Source of the DNA: Raillietiella orientalis
Taxonomy: Eukaryota
Assembly: GCA_036172245.1 (NCBI GenBank)
Contig: JAYWIR010000003.1
Coordinates: forward strand, 6,696,001 to 6,760,000
Direction: 5' to 3'
DNA: 64,000 nt
The notes below the pieces were generated by a model. That model was not told the origin of the DNA. It saw only the letters and a list, made by a program, of their open reading frames with translations, and ran no database searches. This document shows positions 50,948 through 62,300 of this stretch, in pieces. The first letter of the stretch is position 1; every line of letters starts with the position of its first letter. A program made the translations under genes and the position numbers.

Positions 50948-53931
50948 GCAGTGGACGAGGACATTTCCGAATTCCGGCAGCGTGCGTGTCGCAACTGTGC
51001 ACGGCCTAATAGGCGAGTGACAGCGAAGAAAGTAGGAGCGCGCTTATCGCACAGTCGGAGGGCGGACGACCCATCGGATGCTTGAAAGTGGCAAGACACG
51101 AACACTGAAACGGAGTTCACCACATCTCGGAAGGCTCCCTTGCGAAAACTTGTTGCGAAACACGCTGGCAAATCCACTGGGAGGACAACGCGCGCGCTGT
51201 GCTTGCGAGACCACCCACAAGTCCCGTTCCGACGCTGAAGAGAGCCGATGCTCCAGATGTGTTCGCAGTCGCCGAGGAATGCAAACGCCGCTAGTTGATT
51301 ATGCATTCCGATGTTGGTTCCTTCGCTGCTCGTCTCGGGCTACACTGTTGCTCCTTGCATGGGGAACAGTTTTAAAACTGCTTCGGCGCGGCCTCCGAAC
51401 AAGCGATGGTGCGGCCGCGGGCAATCCCAGCTTCTCGGCTCCGAAGACGTCTGCTTTCATTCGATCCCACGGTCTTGCTTCTTCGGAGCGTGCGCCATTT
51501 TGGATTAGCCGCGCTCAATGCCCGGGGTGGACCCGACCAAGAAGACACGCCAGAGGACACTTCCCCTGGTGGCCGTTTTCGCAAGTGGGGGGAGCAACTT
51601 GCCGACCGGCCCGTGAACGATGGTTGGCCTTTTGTTTTTCGATGGCATGAGAAGGGGTGGAGGAGGTCAGAGGACAAGTCGGGGAGGGAATAAGGGTGAT
51701 GCGGCCGAGAGTCGCAGGGGGAGATTTTTTTTGCCAGCAACTCATGATCAGCTGCTGCGGATGGGACGTGACTTGCAATAGGAACGAGACAGTAGGGCTA
51801 AAGTTGATCTGACTAGGAAGGTAGGATTGTCGGGTGAAGGCTGAGGAGAAAGAAGAAGAAGAAGAACGGGGACAGACGCAGACTCTTGAGCTAAGAAGTA
51901 CTATTACTGCACGTCGTGGCGTGAGCGGAGAGATGGTGGGACGTGGGGAGAGGAACTGAGGGTGAGATACATTCCCAGCCTCAGATCGATTGCCAGTCAG
52001 CTGTTTGTCGAAACCGGGATCGGGAATCCGAGTGGAAACAAAAGGTGGCCTCGAGGGGGAGAATACGACGATGAGTCTCTTGGAAAAAGGGGCTATCAGC
52101 TCTGCTCTCAGCTTACCCGGGAAGTTGTTTGGGGCGACTGCTAGACGAGATCTCGTCGAAGCATTCCTTGACCTCCTCAGAGTGGGCGGCTGAGAGTAGG
52201 GAGACCGCGGGGCCGATCGTGGGGCGAACAAAGCCGCTCTTCGTTATCAGGGCAAGCGTTTACGCTTCCCAAAGTCGGTTGGCGAACCTCCTTGATGGAT
52301 TGCTGCTAGCGGTAGCGGTGATGCGCGGAGGAATAGCAACCCTTCCAGCAACATTCAACCTACCTTTTCACTGTTTGTCATTTTATTAAGGTTGAAGCCG
52401 GATAAGAGGAATCGAAGTACCATTTTATTCCGGTTGCCTTACAAAGATCTCCCTATCCTGTAATCCATTACGCGATAACACAATGGATGCAACACGTGAT
52501 GTGGCGGGATGTGTTACATCCATTGCAAGCTGCCCAAATCTTTTCCCTGTTCTCTTCACGAAGACAAAAAGAGCTTTGCTGCAGAATTCGAGCAAAATCT
52601 CCATAAATAACTGATCAAAAGGTTTGACTTCTGTAGAGATGACGAGCTCCCTGTTCCAATCTCTCGCAAGCGAAGAACTCTGCATGCAGAGACAGACGAT
52701 GGAAGAGACTTGGAGGAGCAGAATGGTGGGGAAGAGGAGTGAGTAATGGTAGCAAAGGGATCGTTTCTCTTTTCGCTCGGAGAAAACGGTGGGAAAAGAT
52801 AGGGCGGGTGTCAGGTCTCATCTGGGTGAGCTGCATCCGTTGCCATCGCATTAGGGTTGCGAACGGCGGAACCGGAACCTTGAACCAAGAGATTGGGGTT
52901 TCACTGTCTGCCGCATCAAGACTCGATAAATCAGTTGATTCACAGCAAGTTATCCATCAGGTGAAGAACTCTGCTGCAAGGACCGGCAAACATGTGTCTT
53001 CCTCCAAATCTCTGCACGAGTCATCCATGCTTTCATGGCATCCTTAACGAATGGAATGCCTACTTGCTAGCCTCTTTACAGCGTCAGACACTCTAGGCGT
53101 AGGACAGCACCCAGGTGAGTTTCAGTTCCCTATTTGGACGACTTTCTTCACTGCAACATGGCGACATGCATCTACTTGTTTATTTGTATTTTGCTTATAC
53201 TTTCCAGGTGCACTTAACGTTAGTGCATTCTGATATTTATTTATCGTTAAACGTATTAAGTTTCCACGTTCGGCAAGCGCGAGGTCTGGAGCAAATCCGG
53301 CCACCATAGGACGCTCTGCGAAGGAATTCATCTGCATCCGGCTTTTTTGAACCGTGCATGTGGGTTTCTGCAGGAATGCATGTTCGGACCCAAGCAAGGT
53401 GGACGAAGCACAGGCGAGGTGTGCACTATAAAATTTCCAGTATGGATCACGCAAACGATTGAAAGTCTAAAAGAAAAAGATTACCATTCCATGAGCAGCT
53501 GGACAATTTCTGCCGGGTCATGAAATTCAATTTTACAAAGGGATCGTAGTTTGCTGAAATGATGATTTGCATGATTACGAGCAAAGGTCCCAGAGTCCCG
53601 TCCTCGAGAGCCGATGCGTGCCCCCCACTTGAAATCCGGATTTTGCAAACGGAGCTCCTCAAACTCTAAATTTTTGCTGTTCAGAACATCCCTCCTAAGG
53701 AACAAATTCTTGTATCAAAGGTCGAGTGCTCTCACCCGTTTTCACTCACCACGAAAGGTGCGATTCGGTGCAGGCGAACGCGAGGAGGTTTCGGGCGGTG
53801 GCTTCGAAGAAAAGTGGTGGGCAAGTACGTGCCCTATTCCTGCTTGGAATGCTTGATGAGGCCACCCCTTTTCTTGCCAAAATGATAGTCGAAATTTTTT
53901 CAACTTTCAGATTGTAATAATAATACTCATT

Positions 53932-54240
53932 ATAATAATGCTGACTTCTGCTTTATTGCTAATTCTACTTTGGACTCGGTTAACACCAGGGATTTCGCTG
54001 CTGGTATTTGTAACTCTATTTTTTGCTCTACTTGGATTTATTGATGATTATTTAAAATTAAAGGCGAATCACCATCGTGGTTTACATGTAAAAACCAAAA
54101 TACTTCTTCAATTTATCGTTGCTCTGATTAGTGTGTCTACACTTAAGCTATATTCTGCTGAAAGTATTACAGCAACGTCCTTATTTAAAGGAATAATAGT
54201 CGACTTTGGCTACCTACATGCTTCGTTTGCTGCATTTGTA
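53932..54240 (+). pseudogene. mraY: Internal fragment of bacterial mraY (phospho-N-acetylmuramoyl-pentapeptide transferase), Wolbachia-like; probable endosymbiont-to-nucleus insertion
   Basis: Translation ILLWTRLTPGISLLVFVTLFFALLGFIDDYLKLKANHHRGLHVKTKILLQF...IIVDFGYL..FAAFV contains the MraY GFIDDYxK...GL..K.K motif. The upstream PTMGG and downstream SNAVNLTDGLDG motifs are absent. The segment is markedly AT-rich compared with its flanks. The Wolbachia assignment is from memory. Confidence 0.85.
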
Positions 54241-56577
54241 AGGACTGCCCATATCGAGTAAAGCTGAAGGTTTTTTGTGCATCTTTCACAAATTTGCGCT
54301 GTGGAAAGGTCAGGGTTTCGATATGCAAACAGTAGTTATTCGTTGCTAATTTGCGTAGAACAATATGAACGAACGTTGACTCGAGCAAAGTAGAAAGCTT
54401 TTCAGTGTGTAGAGATGCGGGAAATACCAAAGCGGCAGAAACCTTGCTGCTCATCTTCATTGAAATCAGTAATTTTAAGATGACCCACCGACCATGTCAT
54501 TCACCAGTTACGAACAACCGAAGTCACGCATGCATTTTAGACCTGCAAATGAATCCATACCATTATGATCACAAGTACAACGCATCAAAATATTTCGAAA
54601 TTACGTTAAGAAACTGAAAGTCGAGTCCTGGAAGAGAGGTCCTGACACTTCAGGAGTAAGTTCCTTTGAAAAGACGAACTCGAAACCTGTAGGAAATCAA
54701 GGCCAGCTCGAAGAAGTCACAAACTTCTCCTGAAAAGAGAAGGAAAAAAAGGTCAATGAGACGAAAACGCGAAGGGTGCATTTTCGCTCTCTGAAATAGT
54801 TGGTAGAGGATGGACGACTTTACTGACGTCCGTTCTTTCTCAATTTCGACGACTGCCACCTACTTGGTGCTTCTTGATCTTGCAGTGTGTCGGAGAACTG
54901 GAGCGACTTAAGATGAGTTCGAATAATTAGCCAGAATAGACGGTTTAATAAAAGGCGGTTTGGTATGTCAAGAACTGCCATATTCTACAGAGCACGTATA
55001 CGAAGGGCATGTGAGGAAGAGGGAACCACTGGGAGACGTCTTATCGCAGGCTGCCTCGTTCCTCGCACCCCAGAAAGCTTCTCGTACGGTCGCTCTTCGA
55101 CGCCCATCGGCAAAAGCCTTAGCCTCTTCCCTTTTTTGTAAGTAAGCGTCCAGGGTTTCCCGTGCCGTTGTGTCCTCCCCAGGGACAGATACTGTTGGCT
55201 TTGTGTTTTTGGCGGTTGGACATGCCGTTCACTACTGATGTTGGAATGCTTTTCGAATTTCAAACGGAACGACCTGGAACCCACTTTTCTGTGCACTCGA
55301 CAAGGAAGCGCGTTTGTTTGTTTGTTTTTTTTTTGAGGGGGCTGCCACCTAAACGAAACTTCATCTGGCTCCTGGTGATCTGGCAAGAGGTGGTTGCCGT
55401 GCCGAATTGTGCCACTCTGCGTTGGAAGACGTCACGTGATCTCGTATTGCGGTGCGTCCTCCTGAACCACTTGTTTTGCATCTTTCTAGAGTAAGGAAAC
55501 CTTAGCAAGCCCCACATCCGACTGCTCTTGGGCTCCGCTGGTCCAAAGGTTCACGAAACAGCTGGGAACTGTGGTTCTTGCGCCACTGTGGTAAGTTTTT
55601 ACGCTGTACTATTAGCTCATTCCACTGTGAATGCCAACGGCCCAGGTTTCAGTCGAACTTCCAATGCTTTGAATGTGCACACATCCCTTTATAATTTTCA
55701 TAGCTTAGCCATGGCCAGGAATCGTTTATTCGTGTTTTTTTTTTTTCCTTCCAGACACCTTTTTCGAAGCGAAACCTCTTTTACTAGTAAAAACTTCAGG
55801 CAGCCCCCGACGAGGTGTCCGAAGTCCTTGAACGTGAACTGTCGCAAACAGAAATCACCTGCATCGCATTCATTGCAAGAAAATTTTGCGTTTGAAATCT
55901 TTACGAAACCCATTTCTCCGCCTGCTTGCTATCCCTCTCGCGATGTCATTTAAAAAAGTTGGCATCAAGGCTGTCATAGTGTAAACTCTTTAGTCTTTCG
56001 GTCGAATGCATTTGGAAATGTGTTCAAAATGACGAATAATTATTGTTTAGGTGCTTACCTATTGCATATCTAAATGTTTACCTTGAGTTTCACGAATTTT
56101 TACAACAGCTTAATTTGTTCAGAGTAGCTAAACATGTTTTCTATCCTGCATCAAGCAATTAAACAGACTGGAATCAGTCCATGTGGAAAATACTGTTTCC
56201 TTTTAAAGACAGGAAGTGAAAGGTTAGCTTATTTATTAAAGAACTGGGAATTGTAAAAGTACTTGATGCAGAGATGTGGCAGAATCGACTGCTTTGCTCG
56301 CAAGAAGCATGCAAACTGCTGCAAAAAATACAGGATTTTCATTATAATATGCAAGATAAGTATTAAGATGAAAGTACTTGAATAGGAAGAACAACAGACA
56401 ATGCTGTTTGGGCTGCAAAAGAGAAAATGATTCCACTAATGCTTAATTATGATAAGCCTCTTCCACCTATTTCATATAAATACGGGAATGCCTTGGAAAC
56501 TTCGATAAAAAGTGTCTGCAAATTCATGAGAGAGAGAGAAAAGGGACTTTTTAAAGTATTTCTTGTATTTCCTCTTC

Positions 56578-59307
56578 TTATGGAGACAAACAATTTACGG
56601 CTGTTACAGAGCTGAAAGTAAAAAAAAAAAAAAAAACTGCTTATTCTTTAAAAAGAGTAAAAAATATGCACCAACCGATTGTGTTTCATGTGGCTGCGCA
56701 CCAGTTCTCCTTCTGCCAGTGCTGCCATTAGAGATAGTTCAGCAGCTAGCACAGTTGCACAAACAATACGTGCCAGCTGCGAAGCATTTTCTCCTGGCTT
56801 GCCAGAAGCACCTGCAACTCCAAGCAGGTGAAGACAAGCAGACTGTGAAGGTAATGTGGTGCCACCTCCAACAGTACCAACTTCAAGAGAAGGCATAGTG
56901 CAAGATATACAAAGAGAATCATTTTCTCCAACTTCCATTTGTGTGAGGCAGAAAGAGCTGCTCACTACCTGGGCAGGATCCTGGCCAGTAGCCACAAAAA
57001 TTGCTGCCACAATATTTGCTGCATGGGCATTGCAGCCACCAATAGCACCGGCCATGGCAGAGCCAACTAAATTTTTGGACACATTCAAGGAGGATAAACG
57101 TGCAGCTGTTGTACGCAGCACGTTGGATAAGGTGGAAGCTGGAATAGCTGCCTCACAAACAACTAGATGGCCACGGCCTTCCAGCCAATTTATGGCAGTT
57201 GCCTTCTTATCAGCACAGTAATTGGCACTTAGTGCAATAACCTCCAAAGGAGGAAACTCTTCTTTCATAACATGCAAAGCAGCTTCCACCCCTTTGGTGA
57301 CCATGTTCATGCCCATTGCATCTCCAGTGTTTGCCACAAATCTCATGTAAAGTGTGCGACCCGCAAGTTTGCAAGTGATGTGTTTCAACTGAGCAAATCG
57401 GGAAGTAGCATCGAATGCGGCTTTCACCTGCTTGAAATGAGAATGGTGGGAAATCCACTGCCGAACCATTCTAACAACAAACAGCACTGATTTCTTGAGC
57501 AGATAATTTACACTTACTCAGCTTGGGCCACAGATGGCATGCGAACAGCTGGTCCACGGGTCATTCCAGTGTCGATTACGTGACTGGTCACACCACCTGA
57601 CTGCCGAAGAGCAGCACATCCACGATTTGTGCTTGCTACAAGGCAACCCTCAGTGGTGGCTAGTGGCACAACTACTGGAAGTCCGTCAAGAATAAGAGGC
57701 CCGACAGCTCCAACTGGCATGGTAGCAAATCCAATAATGTTTTCACAGCAAGATCCAATCACTCGTTGGTACTCATAATGACGAAACGGTAGCTGTGCTA
57801 GTGCACCCTGCCTGCCGCTCAGTACTTCCACAGCTTTACGTCGTATGTACACTGCTCTTTCAGGATTGCCCAGTGCATCTTCCAGTTGATGCATACGTAG
57901 TTGGCGAGAATCCAGCAACTTGAAAATTTCTGCATCAGACAGCATGGATGCACCACCCTGAACAATAGCTTCATTTCAATCTCAGGATGATCATTCGTGT
58001 TTACCTTCTGTAATTTTGTGTTGCACTGATCTTCATCCTGGTTATGCTGGGGATTACTTATTTTCTTGTCTGCAACATCATCATTTTCAAGATCAGCACC
58101 AAGTTTGAAATGCGACACTGGCGAACAACATGGCTCTTGTATTTTACAATCCTTGAGATATGCTTGCTTGTCAAATAGAATGTGCTTGAAAGCCAGGGAA
58201 ACTGCCACAATGGCTACTACAATCCGCTCCACACTATTACTCATCCACCTGCATATCGCACATTACTCTAAAGGCTGTACACACACTCCACTTGCCTCAA
58301 ACAGGGATAGTGGAAAGACTGGAAGAAGGCAGAGCTTCTGTATGGTAGTAAAGTTCCCTGTGGACTTCCCAGTACACAGCCTAGCACATGAACATAAAGG
58401 AGCACAAAAACCATGACTAGTTTCACGCGCTGCGTCACAGGGTTATCCTGTTGCACAGGCCAGTGCATGTTTGAATGCTCTGATGTATTGGCCTGCTGGC
58501 TGGTCAGCTGGATTAGAAGTGCTAGCATAGCCGGATGAAAGACCATCAGGGTTACATAATTTACTGCTATGGCAGCACACGCATAGGCACTCAGTATGTG
58601 TACGCGTTTCATATCCGAAAACGTGCCGACACCTATGAGCAGCACTCCAACAATTGTGTCCAGCGTGAATCCAGGACCAAAAGACTGCAAGGCTTGTGCC
58701 AAGCCATCTCGAACTCCTGTCGCTGGGTGGATGGCGAGGACGTGCTGGGTTATGGATCCAATTCTTTTGATGTCTAGCAAAAGCAAGAAAAAGAACAACG
58801 CATCTCTTAAAAGAGAAAAGAGCATCAATTCTTTTGAGAAACATAGGCATCTTACCTGAGGTCGCCGGCAGTTATTCCCAAGACGTGCAGGCAGACGCAA
58901 CAGAACAGCACAAATGAAAACGCCAGGAAAGCCACCGTGATGCCTAAAAATCAGCTAGCGTCGTACACCGTACACCGGTTGCATCTAGCGTTACCCAGTA
59001 CGTTGGCTCTGCTCTCTTGCAGCCTTTTCAACTGCTGTACGACGTACAGCACCGACGCGCAGCGAAGCACCGTCATGAAAATGACATCGGCTGCACGGTA
59101 TTCCTATAGCTCGGTCATCCTTTGCGAAACCGTGCCTGCGACGGAAAGACTTACGTTGTGAGGTTCATCAGGATGTACTGCGTTAACTTTGGCAAGAAGT
59201 TTCAGGTTACACGTGAGTAGGCATGTGACCACCGACGTGCTGAAGACGACCACTTCCCAAGGGTAGGATGCACACAAAGCACCGTGCCTCCGAAACGTAT
59301 AAAACAT
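56578..59307 (-). CDS. HMGCR: Full-length membrane-anchored HMG-CoA reductase (~790 aa); exons 59307-59155, 59103-58995, 58943-58856, 58805-58296, 58248-58005, 57957-57518, 57470-56676, 56611-56578
   Basis: N-terminal [17 protein letters not shown]. Sterol-sensing-domain segments [19 protein letters not shown] and NPVTQRVK. Catalytic motifs [36 protein letters not shown] and SHMKHNRS. The eight exons join in frame if intron 58249-58295 is GC-AG. Confidence 0.95.
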
Positions 59308-62300
59308 GCCGTGAACGGTCTTTCCACGCAAGAACAGAAGACGACCTTCTCTAAAACACACATCCACGGTTATTTCCATACAATTCGAGTCAACAAGGCA
59401 GGCGCGGGTCCAGCGTCGGAGGCACATCGGGACGAATCATCGAGATTTCACAACGGGGATCGAGCAAAAAAATGAAAAATATCGGGAGAGAAATCCTCGC
59501 AAATGCAAAAAAAAAAAAAAAATTACACACAACCGCATAAACAACGCATCGGAATGTGCTAAATCATCTATAAAGTGTAGATATATTCATCTATCATCTA
59601 TGCGTGTCGCATCAATAAACCATACCGCAAGCAATTGGTTTTTTTTTTTTTTTTTTCCTTTTCTTTCGTTACGTGCAACTATTCGATCAATTAAAATTTT
59701 GTGATGCACATTTTCCAGCTGCCACCAAGCAAAACCAAAGCATTTTACAGAAGGATACGTACACTCGTCAAAAGTAAACACGAGAAACATTTTCAATTCA
59801 TTCATATCCCTTTCCAAAGAAAAGAGGGACATTACAAAAATCGAAAGTTGTATTCAAAGGCCGGGATGAAGTGGGGAACAAAACGAGGTCAAATAACATG
59901 GGATTTTCTAATTTGGCTTGGACACTGCTGTAATCATTTGGAGGACTCCAAAACGCCGGGAGGATTCGCATGCTGGGAGTGGGAAGGGTGGGGGGATGGA
60001 GGGAGGAGGAGGAAGAAGAAGAAGAAAAAACAAAATGAAAATTATTCACGCATAATTCTCAAAATTCGTGCAGGCAGTGCTTTCCGATTCCGCCCTCCCC
60101 CCCTTCATCGATCCAATTCCAAACTGCTGCAAGTTTCTCACTTGGTCGAGGGAGCAAAGAGAAATTGCGTTCGTGCTGGAATGCGGTGCCGAGGACCAGA
60201 TGTTTACAAGAGCCGCCGAAGAGACCTCAATTTGGCTTGCAGGGCACCCCATTCGGCATGCAAATGCGATCAACGCAGTCCGCACGTGGAATGCCCATCG
60301 GAGAGCTGTGAATCGCGAAGCGGTCTGTGGTGACCGTGTCGAAAAACCTCCCTTCCACCGTGCAGAAGGCTGTCGTGTGTCGTCGCATCTCAGTCCGTTG
60401 CGTAGGAAACACTCGTGGCATCAGCGGTTTCTTCGGCGACAAGCTGACCTATTAATGGAGCCGTGGTTGTTCGGTGGGTATCGCGGGGTTACCGCTCGCG
60501 GTGACGGTGCACCCTGGAAAGGGAACGCGGGCGATTTCACGTGCGGGGCGAAAATCACAAACCACACACCAACTCGTGTGGTGGTGTTCATGGTCACAGA
60601 AAAGGCGGACAAACCCCGAAAGCCGTCGCTCCCCCCCCCCCCCCCCCATGCAGACGCAAGGACTCCGAAAAGGACCGGAACCACTCTCGAAACGGAACCT
60701 CTGCAAAGTGCCAGCAAAAAAAGAAAGAAAGAAAAAAAAACACCTCAAGTTCGAAGCGAGAAAATGGAACTGAAAATGGGGCGGAATCACGGAAATGTGC
60801 AAATGAAGGTTATGAACGTTGCACGGCCAATACTTTACGAGATGCCACAACGTCGCCAATGCAACCTCACGCGAGCAACGAAAGGCAATAAGTGCCGCTG
60901 CAGACTCCGGCAACCTGGCGATGAGGCATTCCCGAAGGACCGATCCGATCTGATGCGCAACTGGGGTGCTCCACCGAAGAGCCGTTCCCCGCCCCACTTC
61001 CAACCACAAGCAACGTGTTGGGCCCATCCATAACAAGCGGCGGACCACCGTCCCTCGGGTGGGGAAGCCCGCCTTCCGTTCTCCGTGATGCATCAAACCA
61101 GATCACTTGGGATCCACGGCAGGCTGCAAGGCAAACTGCGATCGGAAAAGCCATTGGGTTCTCCCAAAGCGTGACCCTCACACGGAAGATTCGAGATGCG
61201 TGGGTCGTGCCGCCAGGCACGACGCAGAGGCGGGCGAAACGTCACCAGTGGACCGTCTCGCAAACGTTTGGCAGAGGAAAAGCCCGTTCGAAAATTCTAC
61301 TGGAAATTCTACACGGTCATGGAATGGGAAAGCGAAGGGGAGGGGAGGGGGGGGGGAGTCCGATCCAGGATTTCCACGCCCTTCCAAATGCGTGTGGGGA
61401 ACCTCGTGGCACGCTTTGGGTTTGCTGCCCAAGCAGCCGAGCGAAAGGGAAGGAGAGGGGCAGCCTTCATGCAAGCTCAATTGAAAATAAACAAAAGCAA
61501 GTCGCCAGTTCGGTTGCCCTTTTAAAGAACAGAAAGTTCTCCATCCACTGCACGTCAAAGGAAAGTGAAAATCGCGGCACGAAACGAATCCCAAGTGCTT
61601 ACAAACGCGGGGGTTGAGGGGCTCAAGTCTGGCGCATGGGGGCCGAACTTCGGCACGCAAATGCAGTTCGTGGTGATCAACAGCCTCCTGCGATGCAGCT
61701 TTGTGCGAAGCCGAGCGAGCGGGCGCTTTTACGATCGAGCTAAGGAAACACCGGTTGGCTTCGTTCGATCGTTTCCCCAGCTCGATCGTGCTTCACTGAC
61801 CACTGTACTGACCACATCTTCGGAGCCAGACCTGAAGACGAGCCACCGGTGGCTGGCTGGAGGAGAGAGCTCGGGAACTTCATTCGGTTACGGCCCACTG
61901 GGAAGGGCACCGAACTTGGAAATCTGAACCAGCGACCCGACCCAACTTCAGCCGCGACTTGGTAAGCGGGAAACTCGGAATGAGAAGCGTCCCAGGGTGA
62001 CCAAAACAACCGCTCGTCGGTGTGTGGGATGCGCCCTTGATGAAGAGGATGGATTGCATACGGAATCGTGTCCTGAAATGCATCTCGGCCACATACGAGC
62101 AAAACACTAGAAAACAGCATTACTATCAATCACAATGGTTTTAAAGACAAACTTTTGCATAAATACCCAGTCACGAGCAGATGACTGTTGATTTTGAAAA
62201 TAGACCAAAAAAAAAAAAAAAAACTGGCACAGAATTCATTTTTTTTTCGTGATCAAGAAATCCATTTGAAGAACGGCGGGGAAATATATTTCAGGAAAAG

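Noticed and set aside
53932..54240. Functional link between mraY (polyprenyl-phosphate substrate) and the flanking HMGCR genes
   Set aside because: The fragment lacks essential MraY motifs, so its position is more simply explained as a chance insertion.
56236..56436. ORF with AAVCMLLASKAV, resembling a cyclin box
   Set aside because: It is short, opens with GTG, lies in the likely HMGCR 3' region and has no other cyclin exons; chance similarity is likely.
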